A DNA stretch of 64,000 nt from positions 267,655 through 331,654 of IMG/VR virus record IMGVR_UViG_3300023174_000039; one strand, 5' to 3'. A model generated the notes under the pieces. It saw only the letters and a list, made by a program, of their open reading frames with translations. It was not told the DNA's origin and made no database searches. Positions 44,356 through 53,212 of this stretch are shown here, one piece after another; position 1 is the first letter of the stretch, and each line of letters starts with the position of its first letter. Position numbers and translations under genes: made by a program.

Positions 44356-45179
44356 AAACTTGCTTGATCCAAATTCATTGATTGTTCATAGTTGTTATTA
44401 CAAGCCGAACAGGTTATTTTGATAGGTGCCAGTTCGCTAGCAGATCTAAGTTCAATCACACGATCTCGTATTTTGCTAAACAAGTTACGATCGCAGTTGT
44501 TTAGAAATTCATGAATAAATTCTGGTTCAGTTACCAGGGCTTGCGGAGTTCTAATACTGGCAATGTTAAATTTCATGGCATCAATAGTTAGCTCGGTGAT
44601 GTGTTTTAATGCCGCATTGAGCTTGGCAATTTTTTCATCATCGGACAAATCTGATCCAGGGATGGCACGAATCATGCGCTGTTCTTCAAACTGCATTTGA
44701 TTGGTATCGTTTTGATCTTTGTAGGTCACTGGATGAAATGCTATTTCTAAATCTCTGTGTTTGATAGTATTTGAGTAGTCCGGGGCTGAAATTTGGTCTA
44801 GTATGTTGCGCAAATCGATATCGTATTGATCTTCGTTTTGACATTTTGGGCAAGTGGTGCTGATGCCCATGTTGTGTCCGTAACTGGCAATACGAATAGC
44901 AACCAAAATAGCATTGATGTCAACATTGGGGGCTAGCCATGCATTTTTAATAGCAGGAATACAGCTCTGGATTACAGAAATCACAGCTTGACCGTTGAAC
45001 AAGGCATCTGGTGTGCGGTAAGTGATTTCGTCAATGGCAGTCATGGGAAGCACTGGCAATTCTTTGTTTTGCGGCATAGCAAGAGTGTCCGGTGCCCAGT
45101 ATTCGCCACCAGAAGGCAGTCTCAAGTAAATTGCAGGTTGTCTAAAAAATTGTCTTAAGGGGTTAGCAGTTTGGGTCAT
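44337..45179 (-). CDS. Tail assembly chaperone / gp26-like baseplate hub assembly protein
   Basis: NPLRQFFRQPAIYLRLPS, PMTAIDEI...TPDALFNG, IRIASYG, CPKC and CSAC pairs. Confidence 0.7.
   Translation of the reverse strand: MTQTANPLRQFFRQPAIYLRLPSGGEYWAPDTLAMPQNKELPVLPMTAIDEITYRTPDALFNGQAVISVIQSCIPAIKNAWLAPNVDINAILVAIRIASYGHNMGISTTCPKCQNEDQYDIDLRNILDQISAPDYSNTIKHRDLEIAFHPVTYKDQNDTNQMQFEEQRMIRAIPGSDLSDDEKIAKLNAALKHITELTIDAMKFNIASIRTPQALVTEPEFIHEFLNNCDRNLFSKIRDRVIELRSASELAPIKITCSACNNNYEQSMNLDQASFFETAS
44352..44358 (-). promoter_or_regulatory. -1 ribosomal slippery heptamer T TTT TTC
   Basis: Minus strand AGT TTT TTC GAA in the 44337..45179 frame; -1 frame TTT TTT CGA AAC is the downstream ORF frame. 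Confidence 0.7.
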
Positions 45180-45187
45180 TTTGCACC

Positions 45188-45209
45188 TATAAATATACTT
45201 CTACTTATA
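45188..45209. promoter_or_regulatory. Overlapping divergent late promoters
   Basis: TATAAATA on + (45188-95) and TATAAGTA on - (45202-09) within a 41-bp gap between divergent genes. Confidence 0.65.
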
Positions 45210-45220
45210 GGTAATACACC

Positions 45221-48200
45221 ATGGCCGACACAAATGCACAGATGGAAGAACTCGCTCGAATACTTGAAGAAGTAAATCGAGAAATGGCTTACTACGGCAA
45301 AATAACCAAAGAAACTGCTGACGCTAAGTTTGATGCTGAGGTCAAGGCCAAGACTGGTCTTAACAATGCCACCAAAGGTATGGCCGCATTGGGCGAAGGA
45401 CTTACTGCTGTAGCTGGTGCGGCATTCGGTGCTGGTAAAGCCATGGCTGATGGCAAAAAAGGTGCATCAGCATTCAATGAAAGTGTTGATGACATGGCCA
45501 AAGCAGCGGCTGCTGCCGGTGCTGTGTTGACCTTGATGATTCCTGGTGGACCACTGATCAAGTTGTTCTTTGCCGGTGTAACTGCGGCTGTTGGTGCTGT
45601 TGCTGCCTATACCAAAGCAACCAACACCATGGCAGATCAGCTGTACAAAACGTACTCGGGTCTCAGCAAATCTGGCGGTGCTGCCAGTGATGGAATGTCA
45701 GGGGTACTAAAAGCCAGTAATCAACTGGGCTTGAGCATGGAGGAAATGGACGGCTTTGTTGGGCAAATCACTGCCAACAGCAAAGACCTGGCATTGTTCT
45801 CTGGTTCAGTATTTGAAGGTCGACAAAAACTAGGCGACATGGGCGATGCCCTACGTGGCAGTAGACAAGACTTTTTAAAAATGGGCATGAGCATGACTGA
45901 CGTGTCTGATGGCATGTTGGGTTACTTGAAAATACAAACTCGTTTGGGACAGAGTCAAAACAAAACCACAGCGGAACTTGCTGATGGTGCCAAAAAATAT
46001 CTATTTGAACAAGATGCCCTAGCCAAGCTCACAGGACAAAATCGAAAGGAAATGGAAGATCAGCGTGAACGTGCCTTGCAAGGTGAGCAGTTTGCAGCCA
46101 AGATACGTGAACTTCAGATGAACAATCAAAAAGAAGCAGCCGAAGATCTGCTGAAAATGAATGCCCTCTACGAAAAAGCAGGACCCAAATTGGCTGCTGC
46201 CTTCCAAGCATCAGTGACAGGCAACCTAAGCAATGCAGATGCACAAGAAGCCAACTTGGCCAGTAACGGAGCCATGCTTGAGACCACACAAAAAGTCATT
46301 GCTCGTCAGATGAGTTACACTGATGCAGTTGATGCTACAGGTAAAGCCATGGGTCAGACTGCTGACAGCGTAGGCGTAGTACTAGGGCAGTTTGGTGCAT
46401 ACGGCGAAAGTTTTGGACCTTTGCACGAGCAATTGAAACTAGCGCAAATGGCTCAAAATGGCATTACTGAATCCATGGCCAGGATCAAAGAAGATCAGAA
46501 AAAGGTATTAGAAGGTGGTGCTGACAAGTTGCTGGAAAATCAAGCCAAGTTGATTGACACACAGATCAATGCCAACGAAGCATTTAAAACATTTATTAGC
46601 AACGGCATTGAACCAGCACAAAAAGCCATGATAGCATTGGCTGAAGCAACAGTAAAAGCTGGAGGTTTCCTTTCTGAAATGACAGGCAGCAAAGGACTTA
46701 TACAGCGCACAATAGACATGATCAATGCCAAGGACTCAAAAGAACTGGCCAAAGTAGGCGGCAACGAAACATTTGGTGAACTTGCAGGCGGTGCAGGCGG
46801 TGGTATAGCAGCCGGTATGGTTGCTGGTGGCTTGGTGGGATCTATTGTGCCTGTGGTAGGCACAGCAATTGGCGCAGCCATTGGCGGTGCACTGGGTGCC
46901 TGGGGCGGATCAAAAATTGGCGGAACCATTGGCAAGTATGTTGACGATACTACCAAGGAAGAAGCCGACAAATCAAAAGGTAAACCGATTGAAAAACGTG
47001 CCGGTGGCGGCCCAGTTGACGCAAAAACGCCATATCTAATTGGTGAAAACGGTCCAGAGCTGTTTGTGCCATCTGCTGGCGGAGATGTTATATCTAACTC
47101 GGCCATGAAAACATTGGGTAATGCAACTAGCGCAATGCCATCACCAATGGGCAAGATGCCCAACGCAATGCCAACACCACCAGACATGTTTAAAGATACT
47201 GAACATTCTTTTGATAAAATATTATCAACAGTCAATGTGGCATCAAAATCAATGACTGCAGGGTATCGAGAGTTAGATAGCTCGTTTGACGACATACTAT
47301 CAACAGTTAATGTAGTATCAAAATCAATGACCACCGGGTATCGAGAGTTAGATAGCTCGTTTGGTGAAATTGCCAAAGACTCGTTAAAAATTGAAAAACT
47401 CACTGACAGTGATACAAAACGTGCAGAAAAATACAGTATAGCCTACAAGAGTTATGTAGATTTAAAAACTCAATTGATGGATCTTGAGATCCCAGACCTT
47501 AAAACACAGATTGATCTATTACAACAAAAAGCACTGCAAACTAGCACTACTACCGCTGGTGCAACAGCTTCACAAAGTGCTTTGCCCGCAACTGGTTCAG
47601 GGTTAAAATTACCAGCTGCCGGAAACATGCCTAGCATGGGAGGTGGTCAAGGTATACAGGGCGGTGTAGCATCGCAAAATGATCTTACTAAACTGGGATT
47701 AAAACTCAAGACTGGTGATGTACAGGCCGAAGGTGCTAAAATTGATCCTAAACTCATTGAGATGGCACAGCAAGTGCAAGCCAACATGCCTAACTTTGGG
47801 TACTTCTCAGGGTTCAACGACAAGTTCCATCAGGAAAAATCTCCAAGCAGTAGTCACACCACAGGGCGTGCCATGGACTTTGCATTATCAAAAGAACCCA
47901 GCAAAGAAGAAGGGCAAGAAATTGTCAAGTGGCTCAAGAGCATGGGTGCCAGCGTGGCCATTGACGAATACAACAACCCCAGTTCAAAAGCCACTGCCGG
48001 ACACATTCATGCTCAGATAGCAGGATATGCAGATGGTGGTGTCGCTTCAACACCACAAATTGCCATGGTAGCAGAAAAAGGACCAGAAGCCATGATTCCC
48101 TTGGTAAACGGTGCCATTCCGATCAATCTAAAAATGGGTCCGCCGCCAGAAGATGATCACATGAGCAAGATATTTGAAGCAGGATTTGGAGAACTGTCGG

Positions 48201-48499
48201 CTCAGTTTGCCAAACTAACTGACATAGACTTGTTAAAATCCACTATATCTGATTTTAAAAATGGACAATTTGGCCTGGAAGATGCAAAGGAATTGCTGAA
48301 ATCAAACTCAACAGAAGCAAAGACAGCACTGGATGATGGTGCACAGAGATACGAAAGAATGCTGGCCGAAGCCCTGGAAAAACAGGCGGCCCAACAAGCA
48401 GACCAGTCAGCTAGAATGATTGATGCGCTGTCTGAAATGATACGAACACAAAAAGACAGCAACAGTATCCAAGAACGAATACTGCAAACTTCCATGTAA
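45221..48499 (+). CDS. Tape-measure-like protein with C-terminal M15-type peptidase domain
   Basis: 1092 aa, helical A/G-rich; RAGGGPV...YLIGENGPELF and YADGGV...MVAEKGPEAMIPL motifs; SHTTGRAMD...GHIH. Confidence 0.75.
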   Translation: MADTNAQMEELARILEEVNREMAYYGKITKETADAKFDAEVKAKTGLNNATKGMAALGEGLTAVAGAAFGAGKAMADGKKGASAFNESVDDMAKAAAAAGAVLTLMIPGGPLIKLFFAGVTAAVGAVAAYTKATNTMADQLYKTYSGLSKSGGAASDGMSGVLKASNQLGLSMEEMDGFVGQITANSKDLALFSGSVFEGRQKLGDMGDALRGSRQDFLKMGMSMTDVSDGMLGYLKIQTRLGQSQNKTTAELADGAKKYLFEQDALAKLTGQNRKEMEDQRERALQGEQFAAKIRELQMNNQKEAAEDLLKMNALYEKAGPKLAAAFQASVTGNLSNADAQEANLASNGAMLETTQKVIARQMSYTDAVDATGKAMGQTADSVGVVLGQFGAYGESFGPLHEQLKLAQMAQNGITESMARIKEDQKKVLEGGADKLLENQAKLIDTQINANEAFKTFISNGIEPAQKAMIALAEATVKAGGFLSEMTGSKGLIQRTIDMINAKDSKELAKVGGNETFGELAGGAGGGIAAGMVAGGLVGSIVPVVGTAIGAAIGGALGAWGGSKIGGTIGKYVDDTTKEEADKSKGKPIEKRAGGGPVDAKTPYLIGENGPELFVPSAGGDVISNSAMKTLGNATSAMPSPMGKMPNAMPTPPDMFKDTEHSFDKILSTVNVASKSMTAGYRELDSSFDDILSTVNVVSKSMTTGYRELDSSFGEIAKDSLKIEKLTDSDTKRAEKYSIAYKSYVDLKTQLMDLEIPDLKTQIDLLQQKALQTSTTTAGATASQSALPATGSGLKLPAAGNMPSMGGGQGIQGGVASQNDLTKLGLKLKTGDVQAEGAKIDPKLIEMAQQVQANMPNFGYFSGFNDKFHQEKSPSSSHTTGRAMDFALSKEPSKEEGQEIVKWLKSMGASVAIDEYNNPSSKATAGHIHAQIAGYADGGVASTPQIAMVAEKGPEAMIPLVNGAIPINLKMGPPPEDDHMSKIFEAGFGELSAQFAKLTDIDLLKSTISDFKNGQFGLEDAKELLKSNSTEAKTALDDGAQRYERMLAEALEKQAAQQADQSARMIDALSEMIRTQKDSNSIQERILQTSM
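47207..47363 (+). repeat. 75-bp tandem duplication
   Basis: gggtatcgagagttagatagctcgtttg at 47261 and 47336; 25-aa unit SFDxILSTVNVxSKSMTxGYRELDS. Confidence 0.9.
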
Positions 48500-48505
48500 A
48501 CACGG

Positions 48506-48511
48506 TAAATA
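48506..48511 (+). promoter_or_regulatory. Late promoter core TAAATA
   Basis: 7 nt upstream of the portal ATG. Confidence 0.55.
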
Positions 48512-48518
48512 ACTCACT

Positions 48519-50294
48519 ATGGCAGAAAAACAATCCCCCGGCTGGAAAAAATATTTCAAAGTGGCAGACACCACAGGTCAATTAGGACCCATCTCCGGCC
48601 GCTATGCTGATGGATATCCTCAGTATGGCAAGAACAACGGCACAGACAATTACCCTGCAGACATGGTTTATCGTAACTATGCCAGCCGATTGCCAGAAGT
48701 GTATTCAGGTCATCCCAATCGTATTGAGCGTTATAATCAGTACGAAAACATGGACATGGACTCAGAGATCAATGCCTGCTTGGACATTATTGCTGAGTTT
48801 TCTACTCAGCCAAACGAAACAAACGGCACACCATTTGAAGTAAAATATTCTGACACTCCTACTGATCATGAAATTGATATTATCCGCAAGCAGTTGCAAC
48901 AGTGGGTGAAACTGAACAAACTGGATCAACGTATCTTCAAGCTATTCCGTAACACTGTGAAGTACGGGGATCAAATCTTTGTGCGTGATCCAGAAACATT
49001 TGAAATGATGTGGGTAGACATGACCAAGGTGGCTCGTGTGATTGTGAATGAAAGTGAAGGAAAACGTCCTGAACAGTATGTAATTCGCGATATCAACCCC
49101 AATTTTCAAAACATGACTGTGGCAGCCAAGACTACCACAGACTACATGACTAACCCTGTTACAGGCTCAGTATCTGGTTCCAGTAACTACACCATGCCCA
49201 ATGGTGGCACAGGTGGTGGCGTGGGCAACAGCCGTTTCATGCAGGCCATGAACGAAGTTTGTTTGGATGCCAAGCACGTGGTGCACATGAGCTTGAACGA
49301 AGGACTTGATGTGTTTTGGCCATTTGGCAAAAGCATCTTGGAAAACATCTACAAAGTGTTCAAGCAGAAGGAATTGCTGGAAGACTCAATTCTTATCTAT
49401 CGTGTGAGTCGTGCTCCAGAGCGTAGAATCTTCAAGATTGACGTGGGCAACATGCCCAGTCACTTGGCCATGCAGTTTGTGGAACGCATCAAGAACGAAA
49501 TGCACCAGCGTAGAATTCCCACTGTAACAGGCGGCGGCCAAAACATGATGGATGCCAGTTACAACCCACTCAGTATCAATGAAGACTACTTCTTCCCACA
49601 AACAGCAGACGGTCGCGGATCAAGTGTAGACACCCTGCCAGGTGGACAGAACCTGGGCGAAATTGACGACTTGAAGTACTTTAACAACAAAATGGCCCGT
49701 GGCTTGCGTGTGCCTTCAAGCTATTTGCCCACAGGTCCTGACGATTCGGGCAAGACATTTGACGATGGCAAAGTAGGCACAGCACTCATACAAGAGTACA
49801 GATTCAACCAGTATTGCGAACGTTTGCAAGCATTGATCTGTCAAAAGCTAGACGACGAATTCAAAATGTTCATGAAATGGCGTGGGTTTAACATAGACTC
49901 TAGCCTGTTCAACATCAAGTTTAATGCACCTCAAAACTTTGCAAGTTACCGTCAAAGCGAACTGGACAACACACGTATTCAAGCATTTACCAGCTTAGAA
50001 CCCTTGCCATACATGTCAAAACGTTTTATGCTAGAACGCTTCCTGGGCTTGACCGAAGACGAAATCAAGAAGAACGAAGAGTTATGGCGTGAAGAACGTG
50101 ACGACCCAGAAATGAAAGCTGCCACAGGACAAGACCTGCGTTCAGTAGGCATCACTCCTGGTGCACTAGAAACTGACATCCAAACAGGTGAAGATATTGG
50201 ACAAATGACTCCAGCAGGCCCTGGCGGTATGCCTGGTGCGGCTGTTCCTCCTGCCCCAGGCGGCCCAGGCGGTGCCGCACCTCCACCAGTATAA
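48519..50294 (+). CDS. gp20: Portal protein gp20
   Basis: EDSILIYRVSRAPERRIFKIDVGNMP, EDYFFP, TLPGGQNLGEIDD, LRVPSS. Confidence 0.95.
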   Translation: MAEKQSPGWKKYFKVADTTGQLGPISGRYADGYPQYGKNNGTDNYPADMVYRNYASRLPEVYSGHPNRIERYNQYENMDMDSEINACLDIIAEFSTQPNETNGTPFEVKYSDTPTDHEIDIIRKQLQQWVKLNKLDQRIFKLFRNTVKYGDQIFVRDPETFEMMWVDMTKVARVIVNESEGKRPEQYVIRDINPNFQNMTVAAKTTTDYMTNPVTGSVSGSSNYTMPNGGTGGGVGNSRFMQAMNEVCLDAKHVVHMSLNEGLDVFWPFGKSILENIYKVFKQKELLEDSILIYRVSRAPERRIFKIDVGNMPSHLAMQFVERIKNEMHQRRIPTVTGGGQNMMDASYNPLSINEDYFFPQTADGRGSSVDTLPGGQNLGEIDDLKYFNNKMARGLRVPSSYLPTGPDDSGKTFDDGKVGTALIQEYRFNQYCERLQALICQKLDDEFKMFMKWRGFNIDSSLFNIKFNAPQNFASYRQSELDNTRIQAFTSLEPLPYMSKRFMLERFLGLTEDEIKKNEELWREERDDPEMKAATGQDLRSVGITPGALETDIQTGEDIGQMTPAGPGGMPGAAVPPAPGGPGGAAPPPV

Positions 50295-50297
50295 ATA
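50290..50297 (+). promoter_or_regulatory. T4-type late promoter TATAAATA
   Basis: Exact consensus overlapping the portal stop. Confidence 0.7.
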
Positions 50298-50302
50298 GTA
50301 TC

Positions 50303-50521
50303 ATGTTACTAACAGAATTTTGGCACAAAGAACCTGAAGCATATCAGGACACCGCACAAGACAACAGTCAACCGCAAACGGGCGACCTGCGCAAGAGTCG
50401 CCTAACCTTGCGTCAGTTAAACAAACTGCGCAAAATGAACGATGTACGAACCTACGAGTACAAAGAAAAAATCAAACTAGTGCGTCAACAATACGCACCG
50501 CCTCCAGCACCACCAATGTAA
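50303..50521 (+). CDS. Small basic head-module protein
   Basis: 72 aa; DLRKSRLTLRQLNKLRKM. Confidence 0.7.
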   Translation: MLLTEFWHKEPEAYQDTAQDNSQPQTGDLRKSRLTLRQLNKLRKMNDVRTYEYKEKIKLVRQQYAPPPAPPM

Positions 50522-50616
50522 TAAAAATTACATTTATGGCTGTTTTGACCCCATAAACCACCTATATTTCTTCCTGTGTGTAAATAACAGCACACTTTAC
50601 CTATAGGAGTTTCCAT

Positions 50617-51447
50617 ATGAACCGTTTTGAACAATTGATTGAATATGTGATCAATGATGACGAGCAAAAAGCTCGCGAACTATTCCACGACATTGTTGTG
50701 GAAAAAAGCCGCCAGATCTACGAAGACATCATGGCTGAAGAAGCCGAAGAAGAACTCGAAGAAGGCGCAGAAGAAGAACTTGAAGAATCTGAAGAAGATC
50801 TTGAAGAAATGGACATGGGCGGCGACGCCAGCAACGACCTGATCGACGATGTTGAGATGGAAGAAGAAAGCGACATGAACATGGAAGCCGAAGGCGACGA
50901 AGAAGATTTTGGCGATGAGCATGACGAGCCAGACATGGACAACATGGGTGGTGCAAGCGACATGGATGCTGACAATTCTGAACCAGCTACCAAAGACGAC
51001 ATCATGAATTTAGAAGACAAACTGGACCAGTTGATGGCCGAGTTTGAAGACCTAATGGGTGGCGACGACGAAGGCAATGGCGACATGATGGGTCCAGACG
51101 AAGGCGGCGACGCTCTTGAAATGGACGACACAGAAGAAATGGGCATGATGGAAGCTCTTGAACTGAAAGCAGCTCCAAAGCCAGTGACTTCCGAAGAAGG
51201 CAACACAAACAAAAAGTCTACAGTGGCAGCCAACTCAGGCGCACGTGGTGCAATGGCCAAGCCAGTACACACAGGTGCTGACGGCGGTGGACACCATGAC
51301 TCTAGTGCTTACAAAAACACAGTGAAAGAACTTGGCGTGACACCCACACAAGATGCAGGTAAGAAGGCATTTAAATCAGCAGCTCCTGCTCCTGTTAAAA
51401 CACAAGCTTCAGGTGTGAACATTAGAAGCCCACTGCCACGTAACTAA
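50617..51447 (+). CDS. Acidic prohead core-like protein
   Basis: D/E/M-rich; between portal and protease; TAAATA at 50581-86, AGGAG RBS. Confidence 0.7.
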   Translation: MNRFEQLIEYVINDDEQKARELFHDIVVEKSRQIYEDIMAEEAEEELEEGAEEELEESEEDLEEMDMGGDASNDLIDDVEMEEESDMNMEAEGDEEDFGDEHDEPDMDNMGGASDMDADNSEPATKDDIMNLEDKLDQLMAEFEDLMGGDDEGNGDMMGPDEGGDALEMDDTEEMGMMEALELKAAPKPVTSEEGNTNKKSTVAANSGARGAMAKPVHTGADGGGHHDSSAYKNTVKELGVTPTQDAGKKAFKSAAPAPVKTQASGVNIRSPLPRN

Positions 51448-51450
51448 GCA

Positions 51451-52083
51451 ATGAAAACACTAAGAGAACAGCTTACCTTTAATCAGGCCAACATCCAAGT
51501 GTTGGAGGAATCCGACATGACTGGGGGCAAGCATCTCTATCTTAAAGGCATTTGTATTGAAGGCAACAAGCGCAATGCAAATGAACGTGTCTATCCTTTA
51601 CACGAAATAACCAAGGCAGTTAACACAATTAATCAACAGATTAAAGAAGGTAACTCTGTTTTAGGTGAAGTGGATCACCCAGATGATTTGAAAATCAACC
51701 TGGATCGTGTGTGCCACAGCGTTGAAGGCATGTGGATGGATGGAGACGCCGGATGTGGTAAACTTAAAATTTTGCCAACTCCAATGGGAGAATTGATCAA
51801 GACGTTGCTACAATCTGGTGTTAGACTAGGTGTATCAAGCCGTGGAAGCGGCAACGTTGATGACAGAACAGGACATGTAAGTGACTTTGAAATTGTCACT
51901 ATAGATGTGGTTGCACAACCCAGTGCTCCGAATGCTTATCCCAAAGCAATTTACGAAGGACTCATGAACATGAAGTACGGACATAGATTGCTGGAAGTGG
52001 CTCGTGAATCTGGGCAAGACAACAAAGTGCAGAGATACCTCAAGGATGAAGTTAAAAAGCTCATCCGGGATCTCAAAATATAA
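51451..52083 (+). CDS. gp21: Prohead core protease gp21
   Basis: NANERVYP, LGEVDHP, PTPMG, LGVSSRGSG, DVVAQPSAPNAY. Confidence 0.95.
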   Translation: MKTLREQLTFNQANIQVLEESDMTGGKHLYLKGICIEGNKRNANERVYPLHEITKAVNTINQQIKEGNSVLGEVDHPDDLKINLDRVCHSVEGMWMDGDAGCGKLKILPTPMGELIKTLLQSGVRLGVSSRGSGNVDDRTGHVSDFEIVTIDVVAQPSAPNAYPKAIYEGLMNMKYGHRLLEVARESGQDNKVQRYLKDEVKKLIRDLKI

Positions 52084-52095
52084 GGAGAACCAGGC

Positions 52096-53190
52096 ATGTT
52101 AGATGCTATCAAACCATTGCTAGATAGTGACCTGATCACCGAGGAAACTCGCATGGAGATTAACGAAGCGTGGGAAACCAAGCTAAGTGAAGCTCGTGAA
52201 CAGGCTCGTGTAGAACTCAGAGAAGAGTTTGCACAACGCTACGAGCACGACAAGTCAGTAATGGTGGAAGCCCTTGACAAAATGGTAACAGAAGGTCTCG
52301 CCGCAGAGATTCAAGCCGTGGCTGCTGAAAAGCAAGCATTGGCCGAAGATCGAGTGCGTTTCCAACGCAAGATGAACGAATCAGCAACGAAGTTTAACGG
52401 CTTCTTGGTTAGTAAACTTGCAGAAGAAATTGGCGAATTGCGTCGAGATCGTAAAATGCACACAGAAGGTCTAGCCAAGCTAGAAAACTTCATGGTGCAT
52501 GCATTGGCTCGTGAGATCCAGGAGTTTGCCGCAGACAAACGTGACGTAGTGGAAACCAAAGTCCGCCTCGTTCGTGAAGCCCGTGCCAAACTTGAAGGAT
52601 TGAAAGCACGTTTCGTAAAAGAAAGTGCAGACAAAATGAGTCAAGCTGTTAGCCGTCACTTGAAGGCTGAACTTACACAATTGCAAGAAGACATCAAAGT
52701 TGCTCGTGAGAACAATTTTGGTCGTCGTATCTTTGAAGCGTATGCAAGCGAATTTGGTGCTACTCACCTGAATGAGAAAGCCGAAGTGCGCAAGTTATAC
52801 TCTGCATTGCAGAACAAAGACAAGCAATTGGCGGAAGCCATCAAACTCACACAAAAGGCGAAAGTCGTTGTGGAGTCAAAAGAACGCGAACTGCGTATGA
52901 TCAAAGAATCCAACGAGCGTGACAGCACGATGGAAATGTTGCTCTCTCCCTTGAACCGGGAAAAGCGAGATGTCATGCGTAATTTGCTCGAAAGCGTCCA
53001 GACAAATCGTCTGAAAAACGCATTCGAAAAGTATCTACCAGCAGTGTTGGAAGACCGATCAGTGAAAGCCTCAAAAGTGATCACAGAGACAGTTTCCTCA
53101 GTTACCGGTGATAAGACTGTTCCTACCCAAAACGTTGATCAAGAAGATCGCAGCAATGTGATTGACCTCAAGCGTCTGGCTGGACTGTAA
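52096..53190 (+). CDS. gp22: Prohead scaffolding protein gp22-like
   Basis: 364-aa coiled-coil, E/K/R-rich; between gp21 and gp23. Confidence 0.85.
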   Translation: MLDAIKPLLDSDLITEETRMEINEAWETKLSEAREQARVELREEFAQRYEHDKSVMVEALDKMVTEGLAAEIQAVAAEKQALAEDRVRFQRKMNESATKFNGFLVSKLAEEIGELRRDRKMHTEGLAKLENFMVHALAREIQEFAADKRDVVETKVRLVREARAKLEGLKARFVKESADKMSQAVSRHLKAELTQLQEDIKVARENNFGRRIFEAYASEFGATHLNEKAEVRKLYSALQNKDKQLAEAIKLTQKAKVVVESKERELRMIKESNERDSTMEMLLSPLNREKRDVMRNLLESVQTNRLKNAFEKYLPAVLEDRSVKASKVITETVSSVTGDKTVPTQNVDQEDRSNVIDLKRLAGL

Positions 53191-53212
53191 TTTAAATTTT
53201 TAGGAGACTTAA

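Noticed and set aside
46540-47403. 287-aa antisense ORF
   Set aside because: Shadow of the tape-measure gene; no motifs or RBS; antisense frames commonly stay open opposite biased coding sequence.
50654-51272. Several Ser-, Phe- or Lys-rich overlapping ORFs
   Set aside because: Shadows of the low-complexity acidic core gene.
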